In this document: in pieces, positions 8,426 to 18,363 of the stretch | How the letters are laid out: each line of letters starts with the position of its first letter | Numbering within the stretch: the stretch's first letter is position 1 | Source of the DNA: Thermus sp. | Lineage (GTDB): Bacteria > Deinococcota > Deinococci > Deinococcales > Thermaceae | Length of the DNA: 64,000 bases | Assembly (NCBI RefSeq): GCF_039793865.1 | Contig: NZ_JBAMMI010000085.1 | Coordinates: 1,101 to 65,100 of the forward strand | Direction: 5' to 3' | The notes under the pieces: generated by a model | What the model saw: only the letters and a program-made list of their open reading frames with translations | Database searches by the model: none | Told to the model about the DNA's origin: nothing | Translations under genes and position numbers: made by a program

Positions 8426-8887
8426 ATGTGGATCCCCACGCCCCTAGGGCCCCTCTGGCTGGAGGTTTCCCCCTTTGGGGTGCGGCGCTTGGAGCCCGTC
8501 CTTTTTCTCCGGGGAGAGGAGGCAAGGGGCTCCCTAGCCCGTGCCGTGCGGGAGAGGGTGGAGGCCTACTTCGCCGGGGAGCGCCTGAACTTTTTGGACC
8601 TGCCCCTGGACTACGCCGGCTTCTCCCCGGCCCGGGTAGCGGTCTACGAGCGGGTGCGGCGCATTCCCTACGGAAAGACGGAAAGCTACGGGCGCCTGGC
8701 CCGGGAGCTCGGCCTTGCTCCCCGGGCCGTGGGGGCGGCCCTTAGGGCCTGCCCCTTTTTCCTCCTGGTACCCGCCCACCGGGTGATCCACGCCGATGGT
8801 CGGCTTGGGGGGTTTCAGGGCCAGGAGGGGCTGAAGCGCTGGCTCCTCGCCTTTGAAGGGGCCTTAGACCTCCACCCAGACCGCTAG
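8426..8887 (+). CDS. Alkyltransferase-like (ATL) protein, an O6-alkylguanine-DNA alkyltransferase homolog lacking the acceptor cysteine
   Basis: The MGMT C-terminal domain is present (RIPYGKTESYGRLA ... RAVGAALRACP). The active-site PCHRV motif reads PAHRV, so Cys is replaced by Ala. Confidence 0.85.
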   Translation: MWIPTPLGPLWLEVSPFGVRRLEPVLFLRGEEARGSLARAVRERVEAYFAGERLNFLDLPLDYAGFSPARVAVYERVRRIPYGKTESYGRLARELGLAPRAVGAALRACPFFLLVPAHRVIHADGRLGGFQGQEGLKRWLLAFEGALDLHPDR

Positions 8888-10291
8888 GGAAAAGGGGGGA
8901 AGCTCGGGGCCACAGAGGCGCCCCCCCATGGGGGTACAGGCCTTCCCCGAGAGGAGGTCCACCGCCTGGGCTCCCCGGGGCAGGGCCCCGTGCAGGGGGA
9001 AGTCCTGGCGGAAGGGGTGGGGGGTGGCGTTCGCCACCACCAGGTAGGGCCCGCGGGTGAAGGCCAGGTGGCCGTCCTGGGCGTAGACGCGCCGGTAGGG
9101 GGCGGTGCGCAGGAGGGGGTGGTCCTTGCGTAGCCTCGCCAACCGCCGCACCGCCTCCCAAAGCTCCCTCCGCCAGCGGGCTTCCTCCCAGACCATCCCG
9201 CCCCGGTTATCCGGGTCGTGGCCCCCTTCCATGCCCACCTCTTCCCCGTAGTAGACCGTGGGGTTTCCGGGCAGGAGGAAGAGGAGGGAAAGGGCGAGCC
9301 TCGCCCGCTCCACGCTTCCCCGCATCAGGCTGAGGAGGCGAGGGGTGTCGTGGGAGGTGAGGAGGTTCATCTGGGCCCGGACCACCTCGGGGCGGTAGCG
9401 GCCAAAGAGGTCCTCCAGCCGATGGCTGAAGGCCAGGGCCTGGAGGGGTTCAACGGGCCCAAGCCCCGAGCGGGCGGCGAGCTCCCGGTCCAGGGCCTCC
9501 CCCCCCACGAAGCCCAGGAGGGCCCGGGCGAGGGGGTAGTTCATCACCGCGTCAAACATGTCCCCCTGGAGCCAGAAATCCGCCTCCTCCCAGATCTCCC
9601 CCACCAGGTAGGTCTCGGGGTTCGCCCCCTTGACCCTGCGCCGGAACTCCCGCCAGAACTCGGGGTCTGGGATCTCGTTCGGCACGTCCAGGCGCCAGCC
9701 GTCTACGCCGAAGCGAATCCAGTGCTCGGCCACGGAAAGCAGGTATTCCCGCACCGCCGGGGTCTCCACCTTGAGCTTGGGGAGCTCGGGGTTGCCCCAC
9801 CAGGCCTCGTAGTTGGGCTCGAGGCCGTAGGCGTTGAGGGGGAAGCCCTTCACGTGGTACCAGTCCCGGTAGGGGCTCGCCTCCCCGTTTTCCAGAAGGT
9901 GCTGGAAGGCGAAAAAGCCCCTTCCCGTGTGGTTGAAGACCCCGTCCAGGATGACCCGGACCCCGTGGGCGTGGGCCACCTCCAAGAGGTGGCGCAGGGC
10001 CTCGTTGCCCCCGAGGAGGGGGTCCACCTGGAAGTAGTCCACGGTGTGGTAGCGGTGGTTGGCGGTGGAGGCGAAGACGGGGTTGAGGTAGAGGGCCTCC
10101 ACCCCCAGGTCCAGGAGGTAGGGAATCTTCTCCGCCACGCCCCAAAGCGTTCCCCCCTTGAAGCCCCTTAGGGTGGGGGGGGCTTCCCAGGGCTCAAAGG
10201 GTCCCGTAGGGGCGGGCCTGCCCGGGGGGCCTGCCCGGAAGAAGCGGTCGGGGAAGATTTGGTAAAAGAAGGCGCCCTGGTACCAGGCCAT
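8864..10291 (-). CDS. GH13 alpha-amylase family enzyme (neopullulanase/cyclomaltodextrinase/alpha-glucosidase-like)
   Basis: All four GH13 regions are present: DGVFNHTG, GWRLDVPNE, GEIWE, LTSHDTPR. The start is set at ATG 10291 (MAWYQGAFFYQIFPDRF). The 57 codons upstream in the track ORF are Pro/Arg-rich and overlap the divergent gmk leader. Confidence 0.85.
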   Translation of the reverse strand: MAWYQGAFFYQIFPDRFFRAGPPGRPAPTGPFEPWEAPPTLRGFKGGTLWGVAEKIPYLLDLGVEALYLNPVFASTANHRYHTVDYFQVDPLLGGNEALRHLLEVAHAHGVRVILDGVFNHTGRGFFAFQHLLENGEASPYRDWYHVKGFPLNAYGLEPNYEAWWGNPELPKLKVETPAVREYLLSVAEHWIRFGVDGWRLDVPNEIPDPEFWREFRRRVKGANPETYLVGEIWEEADFWLQGDMFDAVMNYPLARALLGFVGGEALDRELAARSGLGPVEPLQALAFSHRLEDLFGRYRPEVVRAQMNLLTSHDTPRLLSLMRGSVERARLALSLLFLLPGNPTVYYGEEVGMEGGHDPDNRGGMVWEEARWRRELWEAVRRLARLRKDHPLLRTAPYRRVYAQDGHLAFTRGPYLVVANATPHPFRQDFPLHGALPRGAQAVDLLSGKACTPMGGRLCGPELPPFSLAVWVEV

Positions 10292-10382
10292 GGGGGAGAG
10301 TGTACCACGGGGAGAAGGTGCCCAGATCACAAAAATCCTTGCCGGGGCCGGGGGCTTTTGGTATCCTCCCGGGGTGAGGGGT

Positions 10383-11045
10383 ATGCGGGGCCAGCTCTTC
10401 GTCATGACCGGGGCCAGCGGGGTGGGGAAGGGCACGGTGCGGGCCAAGGTCCTGGAGCGCACCCGCCTTTTCTACTCCATCTCCATGACCACCCGTCCCC
10501 CCCGCCCGGGGGAGCGGCACGGGGTGGACTACTACTTCGTGGACCGGCCCACCTTTGAGGCCCTCCTCGCCCAAGGGGGGTTTCTGGAGCACGCCGAGTA
10601 CGTGGGGCACCTCTACGGCACCCCCAAGGCCCCGGTGGAGCGGGCCTTGAGCCGGGGGGAGGACGTGCTCTTGGAGATCGAGGTCCAGGGGGCCCTCCAG
10701 GTGAAGGAGAGGATGCCCGAGGCCGTGCTCATCTTTCTGGTGCCCCCTTCCCTTTCCGAGCTCAAGCGCCGCCTGGTCTACCGGGGCACGGACGACCCCG
10801 AGAGGATTCGGAGGCGCCTGGAGCAGGCGGAGTGGGAGATCAGGAACGCCCACCGCTTTGACTACGTGGTGGTGAACGACGTGCTGGAGGAGGCGGTGCG
10901 GGACTTCCTCGCCATCCTCACCGCCGAGCGCCGCCGCACCGAGCGCATGGGGGAGGCCCTGAGCCGGGCCCTCGCCCGGGACGCGTCCTTGGAGGAGGAG
11001 CTGGAGGAGATCCTGAGGAGGAGCCATGGCGGAACCGGGGATTGA
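10383..11045 (+). CDS. gmk: Guanylate kinase
   Basis: [19 protein letters not shown]-loop, TTRPPRPGE and the YVGHLYGT blocks are present. The start is set at ATG 10383 rather than the track start 10290. Confidence 0.9.
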   Translation: MRGQLFVMTGASGVGKGTVRAKVLERTRLFYSISMTTRPPRPGERHGVDYYFVDRPTFEALLAQGGFLEHAEYVGHLYGTPKAPVERALSRGEDVLLEIEVQGALQVKERMPEAVLIFLVPPSLSELKRRLVYRGTDDPERIRRRLEQAEWEIRNAHRFDYVVVNDVLEEAVRDFLAILTAERRRTERMGEALSRALARDASLEEELEEILRRSHGGTGD

Positions 11046-11328
11046 CAAGCTCTTTGGCATGGTGGATTCCAAGTACCGGCTCACGGTGGTGGTGGCCAAA
11101 AGGGCCCAGCAGCTTCTGCGCCACCGCTTCAAGAACACCGTCTTGGAGCCGGAGGAGAGGCCCAAGATGCGCACCCTCGAGGGCCTCTTTGACGACCCCA
11201 ACGCCGTGACCTGGGCCATGAAGGAACTCTTCACGGGCAGGCTCGTCTTCGGGGAGAACCTGGTCCCCGAGGACCGCCTGCAGAAGGAGATGGAGAGGCT
11301 CTACCCGGTGGCGGAAGAGGAGGGTTAG
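11026..11328 (+). CDS. rpoZ: DNA-directed RNA polymerase omega subunit
   Basis: [30 protein letters not shown] is the RpoZ signature. The gene follows gmk, which is the conserved gmk-rpoZ order. Confidence 0.9.
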   Translation: MAEPGIDKLFGMVDSKYRLTVVVAKRAQQLLRHRFKNTVLEPEERPKMRTLEGLFDDPNAVTWAMKELFTGRLVFGENLVPEDRLQKEMERLYPVAEEEG

Positions 11329-12515
11329 TGGCCCGGGTCCTGGTGGCGGTGGCGGGGGGGGCGGCGGCCCTGAAGGCCCCCCACCTCCTCCGCCTCCTCC
11401 GGGCGAGGGGGCACGAGGTCCGGGTCCTGGCCACGCCGAGGGCCCTGGAGTTCATCACCCCCCTTTCCCTGGCGGTGGCCGCGGGGGGCGAGGTGGCCAC
11501 GGAGGAAGCCTGGTTCCGCCCCGATGGCCGGGCCCTCCACATAGAGCTCGCCCGGTGGGCCGAGGCCGTCCTGGTGGCCCCGGCCACCGCCGACGCCATG
11601 GCCAAGGCCGCCCTTGGCCTCGCCGACGACCTCCTCTCCGCCACCCTCCTCGCCGGGGCGAAGAGGGTGGCCTGGGCTCCCGCCATGAACGAGGCCATGT
11701 GGCTTTCCCCCCAGACCCAGGCCCACGCCGAGCGGCTTAAGGCCCTGGGCCACGCCCTCTTCGGCCCCGCCTACGGCCCTTTGGCGGCGGCGGGGGAGGG
11801 AGAGGGGTGGGGGCGGATGCTGGAGCCCGAGGAACTGGTGGAGCGCCTCGAGGCCCTCCTCGCCCCTAAAGATCTAAAGGGCCTTCGCCTTCTGGTCTCC
11901 GCCGGGCCCACCCGGGAGTACCTGGACCCCGTGCGCTTCCTCTCCAACCCCTCCTCGGGCCGGATGGGCTACGCCGTGGCCGAGGCCGCCCGGGACCGGG
12001 GGGCGGAGGTGGTCCTGGTTTCGGGCCCCACTGCCCTCCCCGACCCCTGGGGAATGGAGGTGGTGCAGGTGGAAAGCGCCCTGGAGATGCGGCAGGCCAT
12101 CCTGGACCGCTACCCCTGGGCCGAGGCGGTGGTGATGGCGGCGGCGGTGGCCGACTACCGGCCCGCCGAGACCCTCAAGGAGAAGGAGCCCAAGGTGGAG
12201 GCCGAGCGCCTCCTCCGCCTGGTGCCCAACCCCGACATCCTCAAGGAGCTCGGGGAGAGGAAGGAGGGCCGGATTCTGGTGGGCTTCGCCATGGAGACCG
12301 GGGAGGGCCTGGAACGGGCCAGGGAGAAGCTAAGGCGCAAGAACCTGGACCTTATCGCCCTCAACTGGGTCAACCGGGAGGGGGTGGGCTTTGGGAGCCT
12401 GGAGAACCAGGTGGTCCTCCTCCTTAGGGACGGGCGGGTCCTGGAGCTTCCCCGCATGAGGAAGCGGGAAGTGGCCGAGCGTATACTGGATTTGGTCAAG
12501 GAGCTTAGGGGTTAA
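11328..12515 (+). CDS. coaBC: Bifunctional phosphopantothenoylcysteine decarboxylase / phosphopantothenate-cysteine ligase
   Basis: An N-terminal flavoprotein domain ([17 protein letters not shown]) and a C-terminal DFP ligase domain ([32 protein letters not shown]) are present. GTG 11328 overlaps the rpoZ stop by 1 nt. Confidence 0.9.
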   Translation: MARVLVAVAGGAAALKAPHLLRLLRARGHEVRVLATPRALEFITPLSLAVAAGGEVATEEAWFRPDGRALHIELARWAEAVLVAPATADAMAKAALGLADDLLSATLLAGAKRVAWAPAMNEAMWLSPQTQAHAERLKALGHALFGPAYGPLAAAGEGEGWGRMLEPEELVERLEALLAPKDLKGLRLLVSAGPTREYLDPVRFLSNPSSGRMGYAVAEAARDRGAEVVLVSGPTALPDPWGMEVVQVESALEMRQAILDRYPWAEAVVMAAAVADYRPAETLKEKEPKVEAERLLRLVPNPDILKELGERKEGRILVGFAMETGEGLERAREKLRRKNLDLIALNWVNREGVGFGSLENQVVLLLRDGRVLELPRMRKREVAERILDLVKELRG

Positions 12516-12518
12516 GGG

Positions 12519-13016
12519 ATGGGTATGCGCAGCAAGGCGGAGCGGCACCGCGCCATCCAGGAGATCGTGCGCAAGGAGGAGATCGGCACCCAGAAGGAGT
12601 TGGTGGAGCGCCTGCGCCAGCTCGGGTTTGAGGTGACCCAGGCCACGGTGAGCCGCGACATCGCCGAGCTCCGCCTGGCCCGGGTGGCCCTGGGCAAGGG
12701 GCGGCACAAGTACGCCCTCCCCTCCACGGAGCTTCCCGAGGACGTGTACGAGGAGCTCAGGCGGCAGGTGGGCCTCTTCGTGAAGGACGTGGACCGGGGC
12801 GGCAACCTCTTGGTGCTCAAGACCGCCGAGGGGCACGCCTCCGGCATCGCCCTCCTCATAGACCGCCTCAGGCGGGACGAGATCGTGGGCACCCTGGCGG
12901 GGGAGGACACCATTTTGGTGGTGGCCCGCACGGAGGAGGACGCCAGGGCCTTGGAGGAGGAGTTCGGCGGGCTTCTCCTTTCGGGGAAGGCCCTGGGGAG
13001 GCCCGCCCCCTCCTAA
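12519..13016 (+). CDS. argR: Arginine repressor
   Basis: A winged-helix N-terminus ([40 protein letters not shown]) and a C-terminal oligomerisation/Arg-binding domain ([12 protein letters not shown]) are present. Confidence 0.9.
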   Translation: MGMRSKAERHRAIQEIVRKEEIGTQKELVERLRQLGFEVTQATVSRDIAELRLARVALGKGRHKYALPSTELPEDVYEELRRQVGLFVKDVDRGGNLLVLKTAEGHASGIALLIDRLRRDEIVGTLAGEDTILVVARTEEDARALEEEFGGLLLSGKALGRPAPS

Positions 13017-13020
13017 AGCC

Positions 13021-13632
13021 GTGCCCGAGTTTTTCCTGAAGTCCTTCCTCACCCTTTTCGTGGTCATGGACCCGGTGGGCCTGGTGCCGGTGTTTTTGGC
13101 CCTGGCCGGGGACCGCTCCCCCAAGGAGCAGGCGCGCATCGCCCGCAAGGCGGTCCTGGTGGCGGGAGGGCTTCTCACCTTCTTTTTCTTCTTCGGCCGG
13201 GGGCTTCTGGGCTACCTGGGCATCAGCCTGGACGCCCTGCGGGTGGCCGGGGGTATCCTCCTTTTCCGCATCGCCACGGAGATGGTCTTTGCCCATCACG
13301 AGCGGGAGACGGAAGAGGAGGCCAGAGAGGCCTTGGAGCGGGCGGACATCTCCGTCTTCCCCCTGGCCATCCCCCTGATTGCGGGCCCGGGGGCCTTGGC
13401 CAGCGTGCTGGTCCTGGGAGCGGAGGCCACGCGGGTGCCCTTGGGGGTGGGGATGGTCCTCCTCACGGCCTTTCTGGTCCTGGCCCTGGCCTACCTCTTC
13501 CTGCGGGCGGCCATCCGGGTGCGCCGGGCCTTGGGGCGCACGGGGGTCAACGTGGTGACCCGGGTCCTGGGCATTCTCCTCGCCGCCTTGGCGGTGCAGT
13601 ACGTGGCCCAGGGGGTCAAGGGCCTTCTTTAA
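13021..13632 (+). CDS. MarC/UPF0056 family integral membrane protein
   Basis: About 6 TM segments with family-typical FVVMDPVG and PLAIPLIAGPGA motifs. GTG start. Confidence 0.85.
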   Translation: MPEFFLKSFLTLFVVMDPVGLVPVFLALAGDRSPKEQARIARKAVLVAGGLLTFFFFFGRGLLGYLGISLDALRVAGGILLFRIATEMVFAHHERETEEEAREALERADISVFPLAIPLIAGPGALASVLVLGAEATRVPLGVGMVLLTAFLVLALAYLFLRAAIRVRRALGRTGVNVVTRVLGILLAALAVQYVAQGVKGLL

Positions 13633-13655
13633 ACTTCTCGCGATGCGTCCGGCTT

Positions 13656-13726
13656 TAATACCACCCCATGCTGGCTTGCATGGGGGCCCCGGGAAAGAAG
13701 GCCCACGGCTTAGGCGAAGGATTCAC
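13656..13726 (+). repeat. Copy A of a dispersed roughly 70-nt intergenic repeat carrying a stem-loop
   Basis: The 20-mer TAATACCACCCCATGCTGGC (13656-13675) is identical to 47950-47969. It contains the hairpin CCCCATGC-N6-GCATGGGG (13664-13685). Looser similarity continues to ...TTCAC. Confidence 0.6.
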
Positions 13727-13845
13727 AGGGGGTTTTCTAGGGTTCCTTCCCCCGCCTCGATCCCTCCTGCGCCTACCCCGTAGACGGGGGTAAGGGGCAG
13801 GGGAGGGGTTCCGCTCCACCCCTTCATCCGGGGCTTCGGGGAGGC

Positions 13846-15420
13846 TCAACCTTGGACCTCGGGGCGCTCTAGGAGGAGCCGGGCGTGGGAGAGGGCGGCC
13901 TCGGTGTACTGGCCGGAGAGGAGGCGGGCGAGCTCCCGCACCCTGGCCTCTCCCTCCAGGACCTCCACCCGCACCTCCTCCCCCGCCTTCACCACCTTCA
14001 GGTGGCGGTGGGCCCGGGCGGCGATCTGGGGCAGGTGGGTGACCACCAGGACCTGCCGGGTCTCGCTCAGGCGGGCCAGGCGCTCGGCCACCTTCCAGGC
14101 GGTCTCCCCGCCGAGGCCCGCGTCCACCTCGTCAAAGACCACGGTGGGGGCCTCGGCCCCCGTGAGGAGGGCGAGGGCCAGGGCCACCCGGGAGAGCTCC
14201 CCGCCGCTTGCCGCCCCCAGGGGGGCGGGGGGAAGGTGGGGGTTGGCGGAGAAGCGGAAGGCCACCTCCTCGAGGCCGAAAGGCCCCGGCTCCGGGAGGG
14301 GCTTGAGGTCCACCTGGAAGCGGGCCCTGGGAAAGCCGAGCTCGGAAAGCTCCCGCTCCATGCCCCGGGCGAGGCGCTCCGCCGCCTGCCTGCGGGCCTC
14401 GCCCAGGGCCTCGCCCGCCAGGAGGAGGGCCGCTTCCGCCTCCTCTAGGGCCCGCGCCACCTCCTCTAGCCGAGCCTCCCCTCCCTCCAGGGTGGAGAGC
14501 TCCGCCCTCGCCCGCTCCGCGTGGGCCAGCACGTCCTCCAGGGTGGGCCCGTACTTGCGCTTCAGGCGCTCCAAGAGGGCGAGGCGGGCCTCGAGGGCCG
14601 AAAGCCGCTCCGGATCCCCCTCCAGGCCCTCCAGGTAGTCCGCAAGCTCCCGGGCCACGGCCTGGGCCCCGTGGAGGGCGGCCTCCAGGTCCTCCGCCAG
14701 GGCCTCCAGGGCCCGGTCAAACCGCCCCCCCGCCTTAAGCTCCCTCAAGGCGGCCTCCAGAGGCCCCAGGGCCTCCTCCTCCAGGAGGCCGTAGGCCCTT
14801 CCTGCCCGCTCCCTCAGGGCCTCGAGGTGGCGGAGCTTCCGGGCCTCCTCCGAAAGCTCCTCGTCCTCCCCCGGGCGGGGCTTGGCTTCGGCGATCTCCT
14901 TTAGCTGGAAGCGAAGGAGGTCCTCCCGCTCGGCTTTGGCCCTGAGGGCTTCTTCTAGGGCTTCCTTTTCGCCCTTTAGGGCCTGGTGGCGGGCGTAGGC
15001 CTCCTGGTAGCGGGCGAGAAGCTTTGGGTCCAGGAGGGCGTCCAGAAGCTCCCGCTGGCGCCTCGGGGAGAGGAGGGCGAGGGCCGCGTGCTGGGCGTGG
15101 AGGGAAAGCCACCTCTCCGCCTCCTCCTGGAGCTCCTTCAGGCTCACCACCTCCCCGTCAATGCGGGGCGTGGAGCGGCTTCCCACCCTCCGGGAGAGGA
15201 CCCGCTCCTCCTTCCCCTGGAAGAAGGCGGTGACGAGAAGGCTATCCCCAAAGGGCCCCACCCTCCCCTCGGGCTTTTCCCCGAGGAGGAGGGCCAGGGC
15301 GTCCACCAGGAGGCTCTTTCCCGCCCCGGTTTCCCCGGTGAGGACGTTGAGGCCGGGGGCGAGCTCCAGGGCGGCCTCCCGGATGACGGCGAGGTTTTGC
15401 ACCTCGAGGCGCCGGAGCAT
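13846..15420 (-). CDS. recN: DNA repair protein RecN
   Basis: N-terminal Walker A GETGAGKS, a long coiled-coil middle, and C-terminal SGGELSRVALAL signature plus Walker B VFDEVDAGLGG. Confidence 0.92.
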   Translation of the reverse strand: MLRRLEVQNLAVIREAALELAPGLNVLTGETGAGKSLLVDALALLLGEKPEGRVGPFGDSLLVTAFFQGKEERVLSRRVGSRSTPRIDGEVVSLKELQEEAERWLSLHAQHAALALLSPRRQRELLDALLDPKLLARYQEAYARHQALKGEKEALEEALRAKAEREDLLRFQLKEIAEAKPRPGEDEELSEEARKLRHLEALRERAGRAYGLLEEEALGPLEAALRELKAGGRFDRALEALAEDLEAALHGAQAVARELADYLEGLEGDPERLSALEARLALLERLKRKYGPTLEDVLAHAERARAELSTLEGGEARLEEVARALEEAEAALLLAGEALGEARRQAAERLARGMERELSELGFPRARFQVDLKPLPEPGPFGLEEVAFRFSANPHLPPAPLGAASGGELSRVALALALLTGAEAPTVVFDEVDAGLGGETAWKVAERLARLSETRQVLVVTHLPQIAARAHRHLKVVKAGEEVRVEVLEGEARVRELARLLSGQYTEAALSHARLLLERPEVQG

Positions 15421-15443
15421 CCCCTTCCATTGTAGGGGCCCCG

Positions 15444-16974
<1,531 letters not shown>

Positions 16975-16978
<4 letters not shown>

Positions 16979-18363
16979 AGCTCCAGGGCGAGCTTCTCCC
17001 CTTCCAGGGGCACCCCCGCCGGGTAGCGCCCGTTGAAGCAGGCGAGGCAGATGGGCCCCCCGATGGCCCGCCTCACCCCCTCCTCCGAGAGGAAGGCCAG
17101 GGAGTCGGCCCCGATGTAGGCCCGGATCTCCTCCACGCTCTTCTGTGCGGCGATGAGCTCCTTGCGGGCGGCGGTGTCTATGCCGTAGTAGCAGGGGAAG
17201 CGGATGGGGGGGCTACTCACCCGGAAGTGGACCTCGAGGGCCCCGGCTTCCTTGAGCATCTGCACGATCCGCTTGCTGGTGGTGCCCCGCACGATGGAGT
17301 CGTCTATGAGGACCACCCGCCTGCCCTTCACCGCCCCCGTGGGGGAGAGCTTGAGCCTCGTCTTCAGGTCGCGGAGCTCCTGGGTGGGCTGGATGAAGGT
17401 GCGCCCGGCGTAGGGGTTCTTGTAGAGGCCGAACTCCAAGGGAAGCCCGCTCGCCTTGGCGTAGCCCACGGCGGCCCCGATGCCCGAGTCCGGCACGGGG
17501 ACCACGAGGTCGGCCTCCGCGGGGGCCTCTCGGAAGAGCTCCATCCCCATCCGCACCCGGGCCTCGTAGGCCTCGGTGCCGTCCAGGAGACTGTCGGGCC
17601 GGGCGAAGTAGATCCACTCAAAGGCGCACGGGGCGGGCTCCGGGGGGAGGGCCTGGAGGCTATGGAGCTCGCCCTCCTCCACCCAGACCACCTCCCCGGG
17701 GCGCACGTCCCGCACGTACTCCGTCCCCATGAGGAGGAGGGCCGGGGGCTCGGAGGCGAAGGCGTAGCCCCAAGGGGCCTCCCCCAGGACCAAAGGCCGC
17801 ACCCCGTGGGGCTCGCGGAGGGCGAGGAGGGTCTTCGGGCTCATGAGCAGGATGGAGTACCCCCCTTCCAGCTGCCGCATGGCCTGGGCGGCGGCCTCGG
17901 GCAGGGGAAGGTGGCCCAGGCGGGCGAGGAGGAGGAGCATCACCTCGGTGTCCGAGGTGCTCTGGAAGGTGGCCCCCTCCCGGAGGAGCCGGTCGCGGAG
18001 GGGCTTGGCGTTGGTGAAGTTGCCGTTGTGGGCGATGGCCAAGACCCCGTGGGCGGTCCTTGCGGTGAGGGGCTGGGCGTTGATGCGCAGGTTGGAGCCC
18101 GTGGTGGAGTAGCGGGTGTGGGCGATTCCCAGGCGGGCCTCCGGAAGGCGGAGCTTTCCCAGGCGCTCCTCGGTGAAGACCTGGTTCACGAGGCCCAGGT
18201 CCTTTTCCACCCAAAACGCCTTGCCGTCCGTGACCGCCATCCCCGCCGCCTCCTGGCCCCGGTGCTGCAGGGCGAGGAGGCCGAGGTGGAGAAGCCCCGC
18301 CACGTCCACGGGGCCTTCGCTCCAAAGCCCGAGGACGCCGCACTCCTCCTGGGGCTTATCCAT
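16975..18363 (-). CDS. purF: Amidophosphoribosyltransferase
   Basis: N-terminal propeptide-Cys (ECGVLGLW), the Ntn glutaminase domain, the PRTase loop VVLIDDSIVRGTT, and a C-terminal Fe-S Cys pattern. Confidence 0.95.

Noticed and set aside
10194-11234. 346-aa minus-strand ORF, and the N-terminal extensions of track ORFs 8864-10462 and 10290-11045.
   Set aside because: It is antisense to gmk/rpoZ. The extensions are Pro/Arg/Gly-rich and precede canonical N-termini (MAWYQGAFFYQ for GH13, [17 protein letters not shown] for Gmk). The starts were moved accordingly.
13655-13849. 64-aa minus-strand ORF in the MarC/recN intergenic region.
   Set aside because: It is low complexity (Arg/Pro/Gly-rich) with no SD or -10 geometry. 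The region is better explained by the hairpin repeat. Peptides possible in the two repeat copies are not conserved.
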